64,000 nt of DNA, from contig CAWDXG010000003.1 in NCBI GenBank assembly GCA_963806225.1, positions 64,001 to 128,000 on the forward strand, in the 5' to 3' direction. The notes below the pieces were generated by a model. It searched no databases. It was not told the origin of the DNA and saw nothing but the letters and a program-made list of their open reading frames with translations. The stretch is from an uncultured delta proteobacterium (GTDB taxonomy: Bacteria; Myxococcota_A; Polyangia; Polyangiales; Polyangiaceae). The first letter of the stretch is position 1. Each line of letters opens with the position of its first letter. This document shows, one piece after another, positions 1 to 10,632 of this stretch. The position numbers were made by a program, and so were the translations under genes.

Positions 1-1468
1 GCTCGAGCGGTCGACCGCGAGCGTATACTGGACGAGATCGTTTGTGCCGATGCTCATGAACTCGGCCTCGCGGGCCAGCTCCTCGGCCATCACGGCGGCC
101 GAGGGCACCTCCACCATGATGCCGAGAGGAATGTGCTCCGCGTGCGCCTGGCCGGCTTCATCCACCTCGCGGATGGCCTGCTCGACCAGCGTGCGCACGC
201 TCCTGAGCTCGCGCACGCTCGAGATCATCGGGATCATGATGCTCAGCGGCCCATGTGCCGAGGCACGCACCATGGCGCGGAGCTGCGGCAGGAAGATCTC
301 CGGCCGCGCGAGCGCGAGACGCACCGCGCGCAGGCCGAGCGCCGGGTTCATCTCCGGCGGCGCCTGGAAGGCCGAGACGAACTTGTCACCGCCGATGTCG
401 AAGGTCCGGAGCGTGACGGGCAGCGGCTTGATGGTCTCCAGCACCCGCTTGTAGATCGCGTACTGCTCGTCTTCCCCGGGCGGCTCGTCGCGATTGACGT
501 ACAGAAACTCGGTGCGATAGAGGCCCACGCCCTGCGCGCCGAGCTCCAGCGCTATCCCCGCCTCCGACGGCAGCTCGATGTTCGCTTTCAGCGAGATCGG
601 CACGCCGCAGCGGGTGACAGCGGGGCGATCGCGCGACTCGCGCAGTTTGCGACCGACGGCCTTGTAACGTTCAACACGCGCTTCCCCGCGCTCCAGCATC
701 TCGGGGGACGGGTTGATCGTCACCCGGCCTCTGAGCGCGTCCACGAACACCAGGTCGCCATTCGCGACGGTGCCGAGGATGTCGCGCACGCCGACCACGG
801 CCGGCAGTTCGAGCGCCCGGGACAGGATCGCGGTGTGGCTGGTCCGCGTACCGACCTCGGTCACCATCGCCAGCACGGTCTTCTTCGACAGACCCGCGGT
901 TTCGGCCGGCGACAGGTCGTGCGCGATGATGATGCAGGGCTCGCCGAACTCCGGCATCGAGAGCGCGCGCTGCCGGCCGGTCAGGGCACGGATGATGCGG
1001 TCGCCCACGAACTCGAAATCGTGACTGCGCTCGGCAAGGTACGGGATCGATGCCCGAGCGCAGGTGCTCGGCCATCTCGTGCACCGCGGTGTCCACGGCC
1101 CATTCGGCGCACTGCCGATCGATGCGCACGTGCCGCTCGACGTCCTCGCGCAGGCTCGGGTCCTGCACCATCATGATGTACGCTTCGAGGATCGACAGCT
1201 CCGCGCGGATGGAGCTGGTGCGGACATTCGAGGCCACATCGTGCAGGCCCTTGGCGGCGAGCTCGACGGCCTCGTCGAAACGGGCCATTTCCTCGTCGAC
1301 CCGGTGCTTCGCCACCCGACGCCGGGTAACACCCGGACGCCGCGTGTCGACCACCACCGCGCGCCCCACGGCGAGGCCCGGCGAACCGGCGATCCCTTCC
1401 AGCGTGATGGCCGGCTGCCGTTCGGTCGGCGGCGGCGGCGGCGAGCTTTCGTGGCGGCCGTCGGCCAT
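1..1468 (-). CDS. ptsI: PTS enzyme I (phosphoenolpyruvate-protein phosphotransferase); 3' end outside window; one apparent frameshift near 1040-1050
   Basis: N-terminal [11 protein letters not shown] in ORF 671..1468. In the shifted frame: phospho-His motif [12 protein letters not shown] (~818-846) and [18 protein letters not shown] at the window start. Directly downstream of HPr. Confidence 0.93.
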
Positions 1469-1469
1469 C

Positions 1470-1745
1470 CTACTCCGGCTCCCCGAAACGGTCGTTGATC
1501 AGCTCCCCGATGCGCTCCACCGCTTCCTCGGCGGCTTCTCCGGTGGCTTCGACCTGCAGCTCGGTCCCTTTCGACCCGCAGAGCAGAAGGACGCCCATCA
1601 CGCTCTTGGCGTTCGCTGCCTGGCCACCGTGGCTCAACACCACCTCGCAAGGGAAGCTGGATGCGAGCTGCACCAGCTTGCTGGCCGCGCGCGCATGCAG
1701 TCCCAGCTTGTTCTTCACGGTGAACGTGCCCTTCACTGCGTTCAC
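1470..1745 (-). CDS. ptsH: Phosphocarrier protein HPr
   Basis: GLHARAASKLV (His15) and NAKSVMGVLLL (Ser46) motifs; 91 aa. Confidence 0.96.
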   Translation of the reverse strand: MNAVKGTFTVKNKLGLHARAASKLVQLASSFPCEVVLSHGGQAANAKSVMGVLLLCGSKGTELQVEATGEAAEEAVERIGELINDRFGEPE

Positions 1746-2709
1746 ACAGCCCCCCTTCCACCGCGTGGCCCTCCGCCGATGAAGTCCGGCTCGGAGTGGC
1801 GCTCATCCGGGCTTTCCCGCCCGAGATCGCGATGCACGACCTCGATGCCCAGCCCCGTCCTCTCCGTCAGACCCCTGGCAAGCTGTTCGGCAACAACCAC
1901 GGAACGATGACGGCCACCGGTGCAGCCGATACCCACCGTGAGGTAGCTCTTGCCTTCACGCTCGTAGCGCGGCAGACAGAAATCGAGCAGCGCATCGGCA
2001 CGCTCGAGGAACTGCTGCGTCTCGTGATCGCCCAGCACGTACTCGCGCACCGGCGCGGAGGTGCCCGGCAACTCGCGAAGCTCATCGACAAAGTGCGGGT
2101 TGTTCAGGAAGCGGACATCCAGAACCAGGTCCGCGTCGACCGGAGCCCCGTACTTGAAGCCGAACGAGACGACGCGGGTGTGCATGCGCGGGGCCTCGCC
2201 GGCACCGGGGCCGAAGTATCCGACGATGCGACGCCTCAGGTCGTGCACGCTGAGCCGGGTGGTGTCGACCACCAGCGTCGCTTCGGCCCTGAGCGGCGCG
2301 AGGCGTTCGCGCTCGATGCGGATGCCGTCGAGCACCGCGGTAGCCGCCTGCTCGTTGCCGGGCTCCTGGATGGTGCTGAGCGGATGGGGGCGACGCGTGC
2401 TGCTGAAGCGCCGGAGCAATGCCTCGTCCGATGCGTCGAGGAACAGTACGGCCAGCTCGCGCTCCTGGTTCGCGCGGACCGCATCGAACATTTTGGTTGC
2501 GCTGTCGAGGAAGCGGCGCACCCGCACGTCGATCCCCAGCGCGATGCGTCGGGCACCCCCCGCGTCGCACGCCTCCAGCGTCTCCACCACGACCGGCGTC
2601 GGCAGGTTGTCGACGCAGAAGTACCCGAGATCCTCCAGCGCATGCAGTGCCGTGGACTTGCCGGCACCACTCAGGCCGGTCACCACCACAACCAGCGTGC
2701 GCCTGTCGC

Positions 2710-2713
<4 letters not shown>
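1742..2713 (-). CDS. rapZ: RNase adaptor RapZ (YvcJ family P-loop NTPase)
   Basis: GLSGAGKS, DLGYFCVDNLP, SFGFKYG, DVRFLNNP and GCTGGRHRSV motifs. Confidence 0.96.
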
Positions 2714-3774
<1,061 letters not shown>

Positions 3775-3780
3775 TTGTGG

Positions 3781-4251
3781 TTACCTCAAGGTCGCATCCT
3801 GGGCCTGGATGAGTGAATAGGCCGCCTCGGCGTCTCCCGACTCGACGAGGCGCGCGCGCGTCGCGGCGTCGCGCAGAAGGCGCGAGATCCGGGCCAGCGT
3901 GCGCAGGTGCTCGCCGGTAGCCCGCTTCGGACCGACCACGCCGAAGACGATACTGACGGGCGCTCCGTCGATGGACTCGAACGGCACGCCGCGCGGACAC
4001 AGCAGCAATGCGGCGGCCTGACCCGGTGCGGCGTCCAGCGCGGTGTGCGGAATTGCCACGCCGTCTCCAATGCCGGTGCTCTGCAGCCGCTCGCGGTCGA
4101 GCAGAAGCCGCTGGATGATTTCCTGCTCCACGCCGACCGCTGGAGCCAGCATGTCGGACAGCAGCCTGAGCGCGTCCGCCTTTTCGTGAACGATGCCGCC
4201 CTCGGGATCGACGAGGATCCGGTCGATGGTGAGAATGTCGGAAAGTCGCAT
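3781..4251 (-). CDS. ptsN: PTS EIIA (Ntr/fructose-type); alternative start at 4293
   Basis: RERLQSTGIGDGVAIPH motif, FESIDGAPV, HLRTLARISRLL; position in the rpoN operon. Confidence 0.92.
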   Translation of the reverse strand: MRLSDILTIDRILVDPEGGIVHEKADALRLLSDMLAPAVGVEQEIIQRLLLDRERLQSTGIGDGVAIPHTALDAAPGQAAALLLCPRGVPFESIDGAPVSIVFGVVGPKRATGEHLRTLARISRLLRDAATRARLVESGDAEAAYSLIQAQDATLR

Positions 4252-4294
4252 TGCGAGGTCGCTCCGACCCCCGGAAGTGGGTTCCAGGGGCATC

Positions 4295-4768
4295 TCAGCG
4301 CTTCTTCGAACGGGCAGCAACCCGGGCAGCAGGTTTCTGCGCGCCGTTCGTGCGCTTTGTCCTGGACGCGGCCGCGCGGGCGGGCTTTGCGCCCGCCCCG
4401 CCCGACCTCGTCTCGGTCAGTGCCGCGCCGGTGACCGGCTTCGGCTTCGAACCGCCCCTCAGTGTCTCGCCGCCCCGGCGCTTCTTCGATTGCGATGCGC
4501 CCTTGTTGCCCCGGATCTGTCGTTCGAGCTTGTCGATCACCTTGTCGATCGAGGCGTACATATCGTCGCTCGTCTCCTTGGCTTCGAGGTGGGCCCCCCC
4601 GCTGGAGATGCGGGTTTCCGCCATGTGCCTGAGCTTGTCATGCGAGAGCGTGACCTTGGCTGTCATCGGCTCGCGTAGGAACTTCTGGAGCTTGGCGACC
4701 TTGTCCCGGGCGTAGGTCTTGATCGCTTCGCTGGCATCCATATGGCGGAAGGTGATGCTGATGTTCAT
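4295..4768 (-). CDS. hpf: Ribosome hibernation factor (HPF/RaiA) with a basic C-terminal tail
   Basis: MNISITFRHMDASEAIKTYA...DMYASIDKVIDKLERQIR; downstream of rpoN; GGAGG upstream of ATG 4768. Confidence 0.92.
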   Translation of the reverse strand: MNISITFRHMDASEAIKTYARDKVAKLQKFLREPMTAKVTLSHDKLRHMAETRISSGGAHLEAKETSDDMYASIDKVIDKLERQIRGNKGASQSKKRRGGETLRGGSKPKPVTGAALTETRSGGAGAKPARAAASRTKRTNGAQKPAARVAARSKKR

Positions 4769-4997
4769 TGAACCTCCGGGCGGGAAAGGAGCCCTGGCGG
4801 AGCGCAGCGCACGTCGGCGGGAGTAGTCGGAAAGACGCGCCCTATCACACTGCGCCCAGGAGCCAAAACACCCACGTGACCGTAGCCTACCCGACAAGTC
4901 CACCGGATATCCATGGGTATGGTAATCCCACCCGCCCCCACGTTGTCCTCCGGCACGGGCGCGGGCCCGCCGTCGCTCGCCGGGGGCGAACGGCATA

Positions 4998-6501
4998 TCA
5001 GAACAGGCGCTTGCGCTTCGAGGAGGCCAGGATACCCAGCATCTCGCGGTACTTGGCGACCGTGCGGCGGGCGATCTTGATGCCCTCCCGCTTCTCCAGC
5101 AGCTCGACGATGGCCTGATCGCTCAGGGGATTGGCCTTGTCCTCGTCCTCGATGATCTTCTTGATCGCCTGCTTGACGCTCTCGCTCGCGATGTCTTCAT
5201 TCGCGACCCGCCGGATGCTCGAGTTGAAGAAGTACTTCAGCTCGAACAGCCCCTGCGGGGTGTGCATGTACTTGTTGGTCGTGACGCGCGAGATGGTCGA
5301 CTCGTGCATCCCGACCGCCTCGGCCACGTCCCGAGGATCATCGGCTTCAGGTAGGCAACGCCCTTCTCGAAGAACTCCCGCTGCTTCTCAACGATGCACT
5401 CGGCCACGCGGATGATGGTCTTGCGGCGTTGCTCGATCGCGCGGATCAGCCACTGCGCGTTGCGCAGCTTCTCGCCGATGAACTCCTTGGCCGCTGGGGT
5501 CCTTCATCAGCCGCTTGGTCAGCGCTTCGTTGATGAACAGCCGCTGCATGCCGCGGTCGTTGTCGAGCACGACGAACTCTTCGGCGTCCTTGATCACGTA
5601 CACGTCAGGCGTGATGCCGATGGTCCGGTCGTCCTGGTCGGTGAAGTTGCGCGCCGGGCGGCTCTCGAGCTTCTGGATCTCCTTGGCGGACTTCGTAGAC
5701 CTCTTCGAGCGGGATCTTCATCTCCCGCGCGATGGCCTGGTAGTTGTGCTTCTCCAGGTGGTGGATGTGGTTCTCGATGATCTCGACCTCGGTATCGTCG
5801 AAGCCGTACGCCTTCGCCTGGATCAACAAGCACTCCCGCAGATCGCGTGCGGCGACGCCGAGCGGATCGAAGTTCTGGATCATCTCCAGCACCAGCGGCG
5901 CGTCGTCGGGATGCAGCCCGGCTTCTTCGGCCAGATCGAAGATGGTGAGGTCGGCGGTGCGGGTGCCGTCAGGTCGCTCGACTCCGGCCAGATCGAGGTA
6001 GCCCTTGTCGTCGAGGTTGCCGATCACCAGCTCCGCGAAACGCCGCTCCACGTCCGTGAAGTCGCTCATCTGCAGTTGCCACAGCAGGTGATCACGCAGG
6101 CTGCTGGGGCTTGCGTCAGGTTCTGCTCGATCGGCGGCAGCTCGTCGAAACCACCGCGGTTTCCTGGGACGGGCTGCTGCAGGCTGCGGTTCTCCAGGAA
6201 CTTCTCCCAGTCCACCTCGCGCGTGGCCTTCTCGGTCTCGCGCTGCTCTTCGGTCTGCTGGTAGCTCGACTTGTCGTCGTCCAGCGCCTGCTGGCTCTCG
6301 CCGCGCTCGCCACCTTCCTGCCGCTGCTCCCGCGGCTCTCGGATCCGGTTCCTCGTCGGACAGGACCGGGTTGTTGTCGAGCTCCTTCCGGACCTCGTCG
6401 ACCAGCTCCAGACGCGAGAGCTGCAGCAAGCGGATCGCCTGCTGCAGCTGCGGCGTCATCACGAGCTGCTGTGACAGGCGGAGTTGCTGCTTGATTTCCA
6501 T
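4998..6501 (-). CDS. rpoN: RNA polymerase sigma-54 factor; split by several apparent frameshifts
   Basis: Region [47 protein letters not shown] and RpoN box [10 protein letters not shown] spread over ORFs 5605..6501, 5388..5603 and 4998..5327. Confidence 0.95.
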
Positions 6502-6666
6502 GGAATATCGCTTGCGGGTGGGGTGCGCCCAGGAGGCTAGCCGAGGAGGAGTGTACCACCGCCAGCAAGAAATGGGCCTGCAAGAAAATAGCCCGTTTTA
6601 GTGCCGGATCGAGGTCCTGGACGACCCGTGCGGCTAGCTTAAGGCTCCCTTTGCCCTGCCTCAAGC

Positions 6667-7368
6667 CTAACCGAGATAGCGCCGCCGAACGGCCGGATGG
6701 CCGGAAAACTCCTCCGGCTGGGCAGACAGCTCGATTCGCCCGTCCACCAGCAGCAGAGCGCGGTCGCACATCGCCAGAGCCTCGCGGATCCGGTGATCGG
6801 CCAACACGATCGCCATGCCGCGCGCAGCCAGCCCCGCGAGCAGCTTTCCGAGCCGTCCGGCCGCAGCGGGATCCACACCCGTGAGAGGTTCGTCGCACAC
6901 CAGCACCTTCGGCTCAGCGATCAGCGCGCGCAGCAGTTCGAGCCTCCTCCGCTCGCCACCCGACAGCTCCCCTGCCCGCACCTGCAGCCTGTCCTCGAGC
7001 TCGACCTCCGCCGCGCGCTCGGCCGGCGGTCGCGACGCCCGGCGCGCGACGCGTTCGAACGTCCGTATGTTGTCAGCGACGCTCAGATCCTGGAGCACGC
7101 TCGGCGTCTGGGGAACATAGCCCAGCCCGGCGCGCGCGCGGCGCCACAGCGGCTCCGGCGTCACGTCGCGCCCGTCGAGCGAGACGCTGCCGCCGCTCGG
7201 CGCGAGCTCGCCAACCAGCACGCGGAACAACGTGCTCTTGCCCGCTCCGCTGGGACCGAGCACGCCCAGCACGAAGCCGGAAGGCACGTCGATGTCCACG
7301 CCGCGCAGCACCTCGGCGCCACCCAGCCTCGCGCGGACTTCGCGCGCACGGAGCACGGGCTCGCTCAC
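6667..7368 (-). CDS. lptB: ABC ATPase, LptB-like (LPS export)
   Basis: Walker A GPSGAGKS, LSGGERRRLE, DEPLTGVDP, C-terminal VRRRYLG; between an lptA-like gene and rpoN. Confidence 0.85.
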   Translation of the reverse strand: MSEPVLRAREVRARLGGAEVLRGVDIDVPSGFVLGVLGPSGAGKSTLFRVLVGELAPSGGSVSLDGRDVTPEPLWRRARAGLGYVPQTPSVLQDLSVADNIRTFERVARRASRPPAERAAEVELEDRLQVRAGELSGGERRRLELLRALIAEPKVLVCDEPLTGVDPAAAGRLGKLLAGLAARGMAIVLADHRIREALAMCDRALLLVDGRIELSAQPEEFSGHPAVRRRYLG

Positions 7369-7387
7369 GACGGACGCTCCACGCCGG

Positions 7388-7906
7388 TCAGCGCGCCGGG
7401 GCCTCGACCGGAATCGAGCCCTTCACCCCCCTGAGCGAGACCTTGCGCGTCGCGATATCGATGGTCGCGTACTGCGCTCTCAGCCAACCGCGTCCGCGGG
7501 TCAGCCTGACGCCGCCGGAAAGCTTCACGCGGCGTCGCGCCACGTCGACCTCGACCACGCTGGCCTTGGCCTCGATGCCCTTGACGCGCGCGGTCACTCC
7601 TCCGGTGCCTCGGGCCCAACGCACGCGCGGCGCCTTGTCGTAGCGGACCTCGACCTTCGGGCACAAGACCACGAGATCGCCGAGCTTGGCGCGTACGTCG
7701 CCCTGGAGCACCGCGGTCCCCTTGTCCACGTCCACGTTCAGCGTGTCCGCCGTCACGTCGAGCGTCTCGCCGGCGATGACGCCGAGGGGGTCGGCACGGG
7801 CCGGCGTGCCCGGAACGGCGAACAGGACCGCGACCAGCGCGAGCGCCAGAATGCTGCCCCTGAAAAACCGTCGACGACCCTGCACAGACACTTCCAATCC
7901 TAGCAT
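7388..7906 (-). CDS. lptA: LptA/OstA-family periplasmic LPS transport protein
   Basis: Signal peptide, beta-jellyroll-like pattern (VTADTLNVD, AVLQGDVRA, VKLSGGVRL); 5' of lptB. Confidence 0.75.
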   Translation of the reverse strand: MLGLEVSVQGRRRFFRGSILALALVAVLFAVPGTPARADPLGVIAGETLDVTADTLNVDVDKGTAVLQGDVRAKLGDLVVLCPKVEVRYDKAPRVRWARGTGGVTARVKGIEAKASVVEVDVARRRVKLSGGVRLTRGRGWLRAQYATIDIATRKVSLRGVKGSIPVEAPAR

Positions 7907-7983
7907 TTCAGACGGAAACCGCCCGTTCCGGATTCAGATTCCAGCGAGATTCCTGCTGTGGGAGCCAACGGAGCTGACCGCGA

Positions 7984-10509
7984 TCATCTAACACGGATGC
8001 GCGCGATTTCCGCCAACGCCGCGGCCAGGGCTCGCACGCGGACCTCGACGGGCTCGACCCGTCGAACAGGGTTCCCCGCGCCGAGCTCTTCGGCCACGCG
8101 CACGAGCTCCTCGACAAGCAGCGCGCCCAGCTCGCGGCGGACGCGTTCGGTCTGCTCGGCGTCCGCCGCGCCATGCAGCCACGGAGACAGCGCCGCCAAC
8201 AGCACCTCGACCCGCGGCAGGAGCTCCTTTTCGACGCCCGCGGCGGCCTCGCCGGCGGACAGCAGCCCGACTGCCACCTCTGCCAGAGCCGGCGCGGCGG
8301 CGCGGGTGCGCAGGGCCACGAAGCGTCGCGCTGCCGGCTCCTCGAGGTTACCGGACACGGCCCGCAGATCCGGGGCGAGGCTCTCCAGCACGGCAGAGAT
8401 CGCGTCGCCCAGGCGCTGCTCCGCCGCTGCGCGCTCGCTCTGCACGCCGGCTGCCGCTTCGCGCAGCGCACGGAGCTGCTCCGCCTCGCGCCGCTCGCGC
8501 TCACGACGGCTCCCGGCCCGGTCTCCGGCGATCTGCGCCAGGCGCGACGCGATGCCCGATGCCCGCCGCCTGAGCGCACGCTCGCGCAGCGCTTCGCTCT
8601 GGCCCACCAGCACGCGTTCGACCAGCTCCTCCACGTTGTCCCAACCCGAACGCTCCAGCGCCGGCCCGTCCCCTTCCCTGCCCGCCAGCGCCAGACGCGC
8701 CGACAGGGCGACGGGCGGCGCTTCCGGGACAAGCCCCGCCTGGGCCAGCCCCTCGCGGACGTGCTCGAGCGCCAGGTCGATCGCTCCAGGCGTCTGCAGG
8801 CGGTCGAGCTTGTTGAGCAGCACCACCAGCGGCAGGCCCAGCTCGACGAGCTCGGCCATCACGGCGCGCTCGCTCTCCTTGAGCGGTTGCGTGGCGTCGA
8901 GCAGCCACAGCGCGACCTGCGCCTCGGCAAGGGCAGCGCGCGCAGTGGCGGAATGGGCGGCATTGGGCGCGTTGAAGCCGGGCGTGTCGATGAGCTCGAT
9001 GCGGCGCAGCTGCTCCAGCGGCGCGTAGATGGTCACCCGATCGATACTGCCTGGGTCGATCGCGGAGAGCGCCGCGCAGAGCTCCTCGTGGGGCAGGATG
9101 CGGTCCTCGCCGGCACCGGCGCGGCGTTCAACGCGCACGAAGCGATCAGGCGCCCAGACCAGGCGGTTCAGCGTCGCCGTGGTCGGCAGCACGCCCACCG
9201 GCGCGACCACTTCGCCCAGCAGCGCGTTGATGAAGCTCGACTTGCCCGCGTTGAACTCGCCGACCACGGCGACGGCGAGCGGCCGTTCGAGCTCGCGCGC
9301 CAGGAGCTCCACCTCCCTCAGCGCGCCGAGCTCACCCAGCTCGCGCGACAGGAACGACAGCTCGTCGAGCAGCTTGTCCCAGTCGGCGGGCTCGCCGTCC
9401 GGCAGCCAGCCCAGGTACACCTCGCGTCTGAGCTCGTCCGCCCACGGCCCTTCGCCGACCGCGTCGAGGCGTGCGAGGCGCTCCACCGAACGCGCGGGCG
9501 CGCCGAGCGCGCTGCACAGCGCCGGTAGGCCCGGCGCGAGCGGAACGCGCCGCGACCCTGCGATGCCGACCGCCTCGCGCAGGCGATCCGCGTCGCGGAC
9601 GTCCAGCGCCAGAGTCGCGTAGCGTTCGACCAGAGCGGCGGGCGCATCCGGTTGCCGCGCGCCTTCCGCCAGCGCGCCGAGCGCCTCGTCGCGGCGCCCC
9701 TGGGCGATGGCGAACGCCGCGCGCCACTCGGGATGGGCGCCCCAGCCCAGCTCGTCGACGATGGCGCGGAGCCGCGCGACTACCGATGCATCGCTGCATC
9801 CGGCAACGAACGCCGACACCACGCGACCCGCACCCACCGCTTCGAGCACCAGGGCGCGTTCGAAAGCGCGAGCCGCGCCCGCTTCATCGCCCGCCTGCGC
9901 CGAAAGGCGCCCGCGCACCAGCCAGGCCCGTCCATCGAGCGTGTCGGGCTCGGGCAGTGCGGCGGAAGCGCGCTCCGCCCGCTCCGCCTCGCCTTGATCG
10001 AGCCAGGCTTCCACATGGCGCAGCACGGTTTGCGGCGAGCCGCGCAGAGCGAGGCTGGAGCGATCGAGCCAGCGTTCCGCCCGCGCCGCATCGCCACGCG
10101 CCAGATCCAGATCCGCCCGCCACAGCCGCGCGCGATCCGCCGCCTCCACCGGCTCCGTGGCCTCCGCGGCCCGCTCGAGCGCGGGCTCCGGATCCTGCCC
10201 GAGCCGGTACTGCGCGCCCGCCAGCCTGAGCCACACGTCCGCGCGGTACGGTAGCTCACCGGAGAGCCGCTCCAGCGCTTCGGCCACCTCGTTATCGAGC
10301 AGCATCGACTCCGCCGCGTCCGCCCACAGCGCCAGCGCCACGCGCGAGCGCGGCAGCTCTTCCAGGATCAGCAACGCCTCCTGCCGCGCGTCCCAGGGCC
10401 GCCCCGCCTCGAGCGCTTCGGCTGCCGCAACGCGCCGCCGCTCCGCCCCGCGGGCCAGGATCTCCGCCCGCGCCAACCAGTCCGCGAGCTGATCCTGAAG
10501 GCGCGCCAT
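7984..10509 (-). CDS. Dynamin-like GTPase with N-terminal TPR-like helical repeats
   Basis: G1 GEFNAGKS, G2 GVLPTT, G3 DTPG, G4 NKLD; Ala/Leu/Glu/Arg-rich helical N-terminus. Start placed at ATG 10509 to avoid overlapping the divergent kinase. Confidence 0.82.
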   Translation of the reverse strand: MARLQDQLADWLARAEILARGAERRRVAAAEALEAGRPWDARQEALLILEELPRSRVALALWADAAESMLLDNEVAEALERLSGELPYRADVWLRLAGAQYRLGQDPEPALERAAEATEPVEAADRARLWRADLDLARGDAARAERWLDRSSLALRGSPQTVLRHVEAWLDQGEAERAERASAALPEPDTLDGRAWLVRGRLSAQAGDEAGAARAFERALVLEAVGAGRVVSAFVAGCSDASVVARLRAIVDELGWGAHPEWRAAFAIAQGRRDEALGALAEGARQPDAPAALVERYATLALDVRDADRLREAVGIAGSRRVPLAPGLPALCSALGAPARSVERLARLDAVGEGPWADELRREVYLGWLPDGEPADWDKLLDELSFLSRELGELGALREVELLARELERPLAVAVVGEFNAGKSSFINALLGEVVAPVGVLPTTATLNRLVWAPDRFVRVERRAGAGEDRILPHEELCAALSAIDPGSIDRVTIYAPLEQLRRIELIDTPGFNAPNAAHSATARAALAEAQVALWLLDATQPLKESERAVMAELVELGLPLVVLLNKLDRLQTPGAIDLALEHVREGLAQAGLVPEAPPVALSARLALAGREGDGPALERSGWDNVEELVERVLVGQSEALRERALRRRASGIASRLAQIAGDRAGSRRERERREAEQLRALREAAAGVQSERAAAEQRLGDAISAVLESLAPDLRAVSGNLEEPAARRFVALRTRAAAPALAEVAVGLLSAGEAAAGVEKELLPRVEVLLAALSPWLHGAADAEQTERVRRELGALLVEELVRVAEELGAGNPVRRVEPVEVRVRALAAALAEIARIRVR

Positions 10510-10632
10510 CGCCGGGGAACGTACCAGGCTCCGGCGCGGCGGGTAGCCGGCGGTGCAGGGACACTTGAAGGGCCAGGGGCCCCGGCCGGGGAGCATCCCA
10601 AGCCGATTGCCTGGAGTGCTAGGCTTGCCGGC

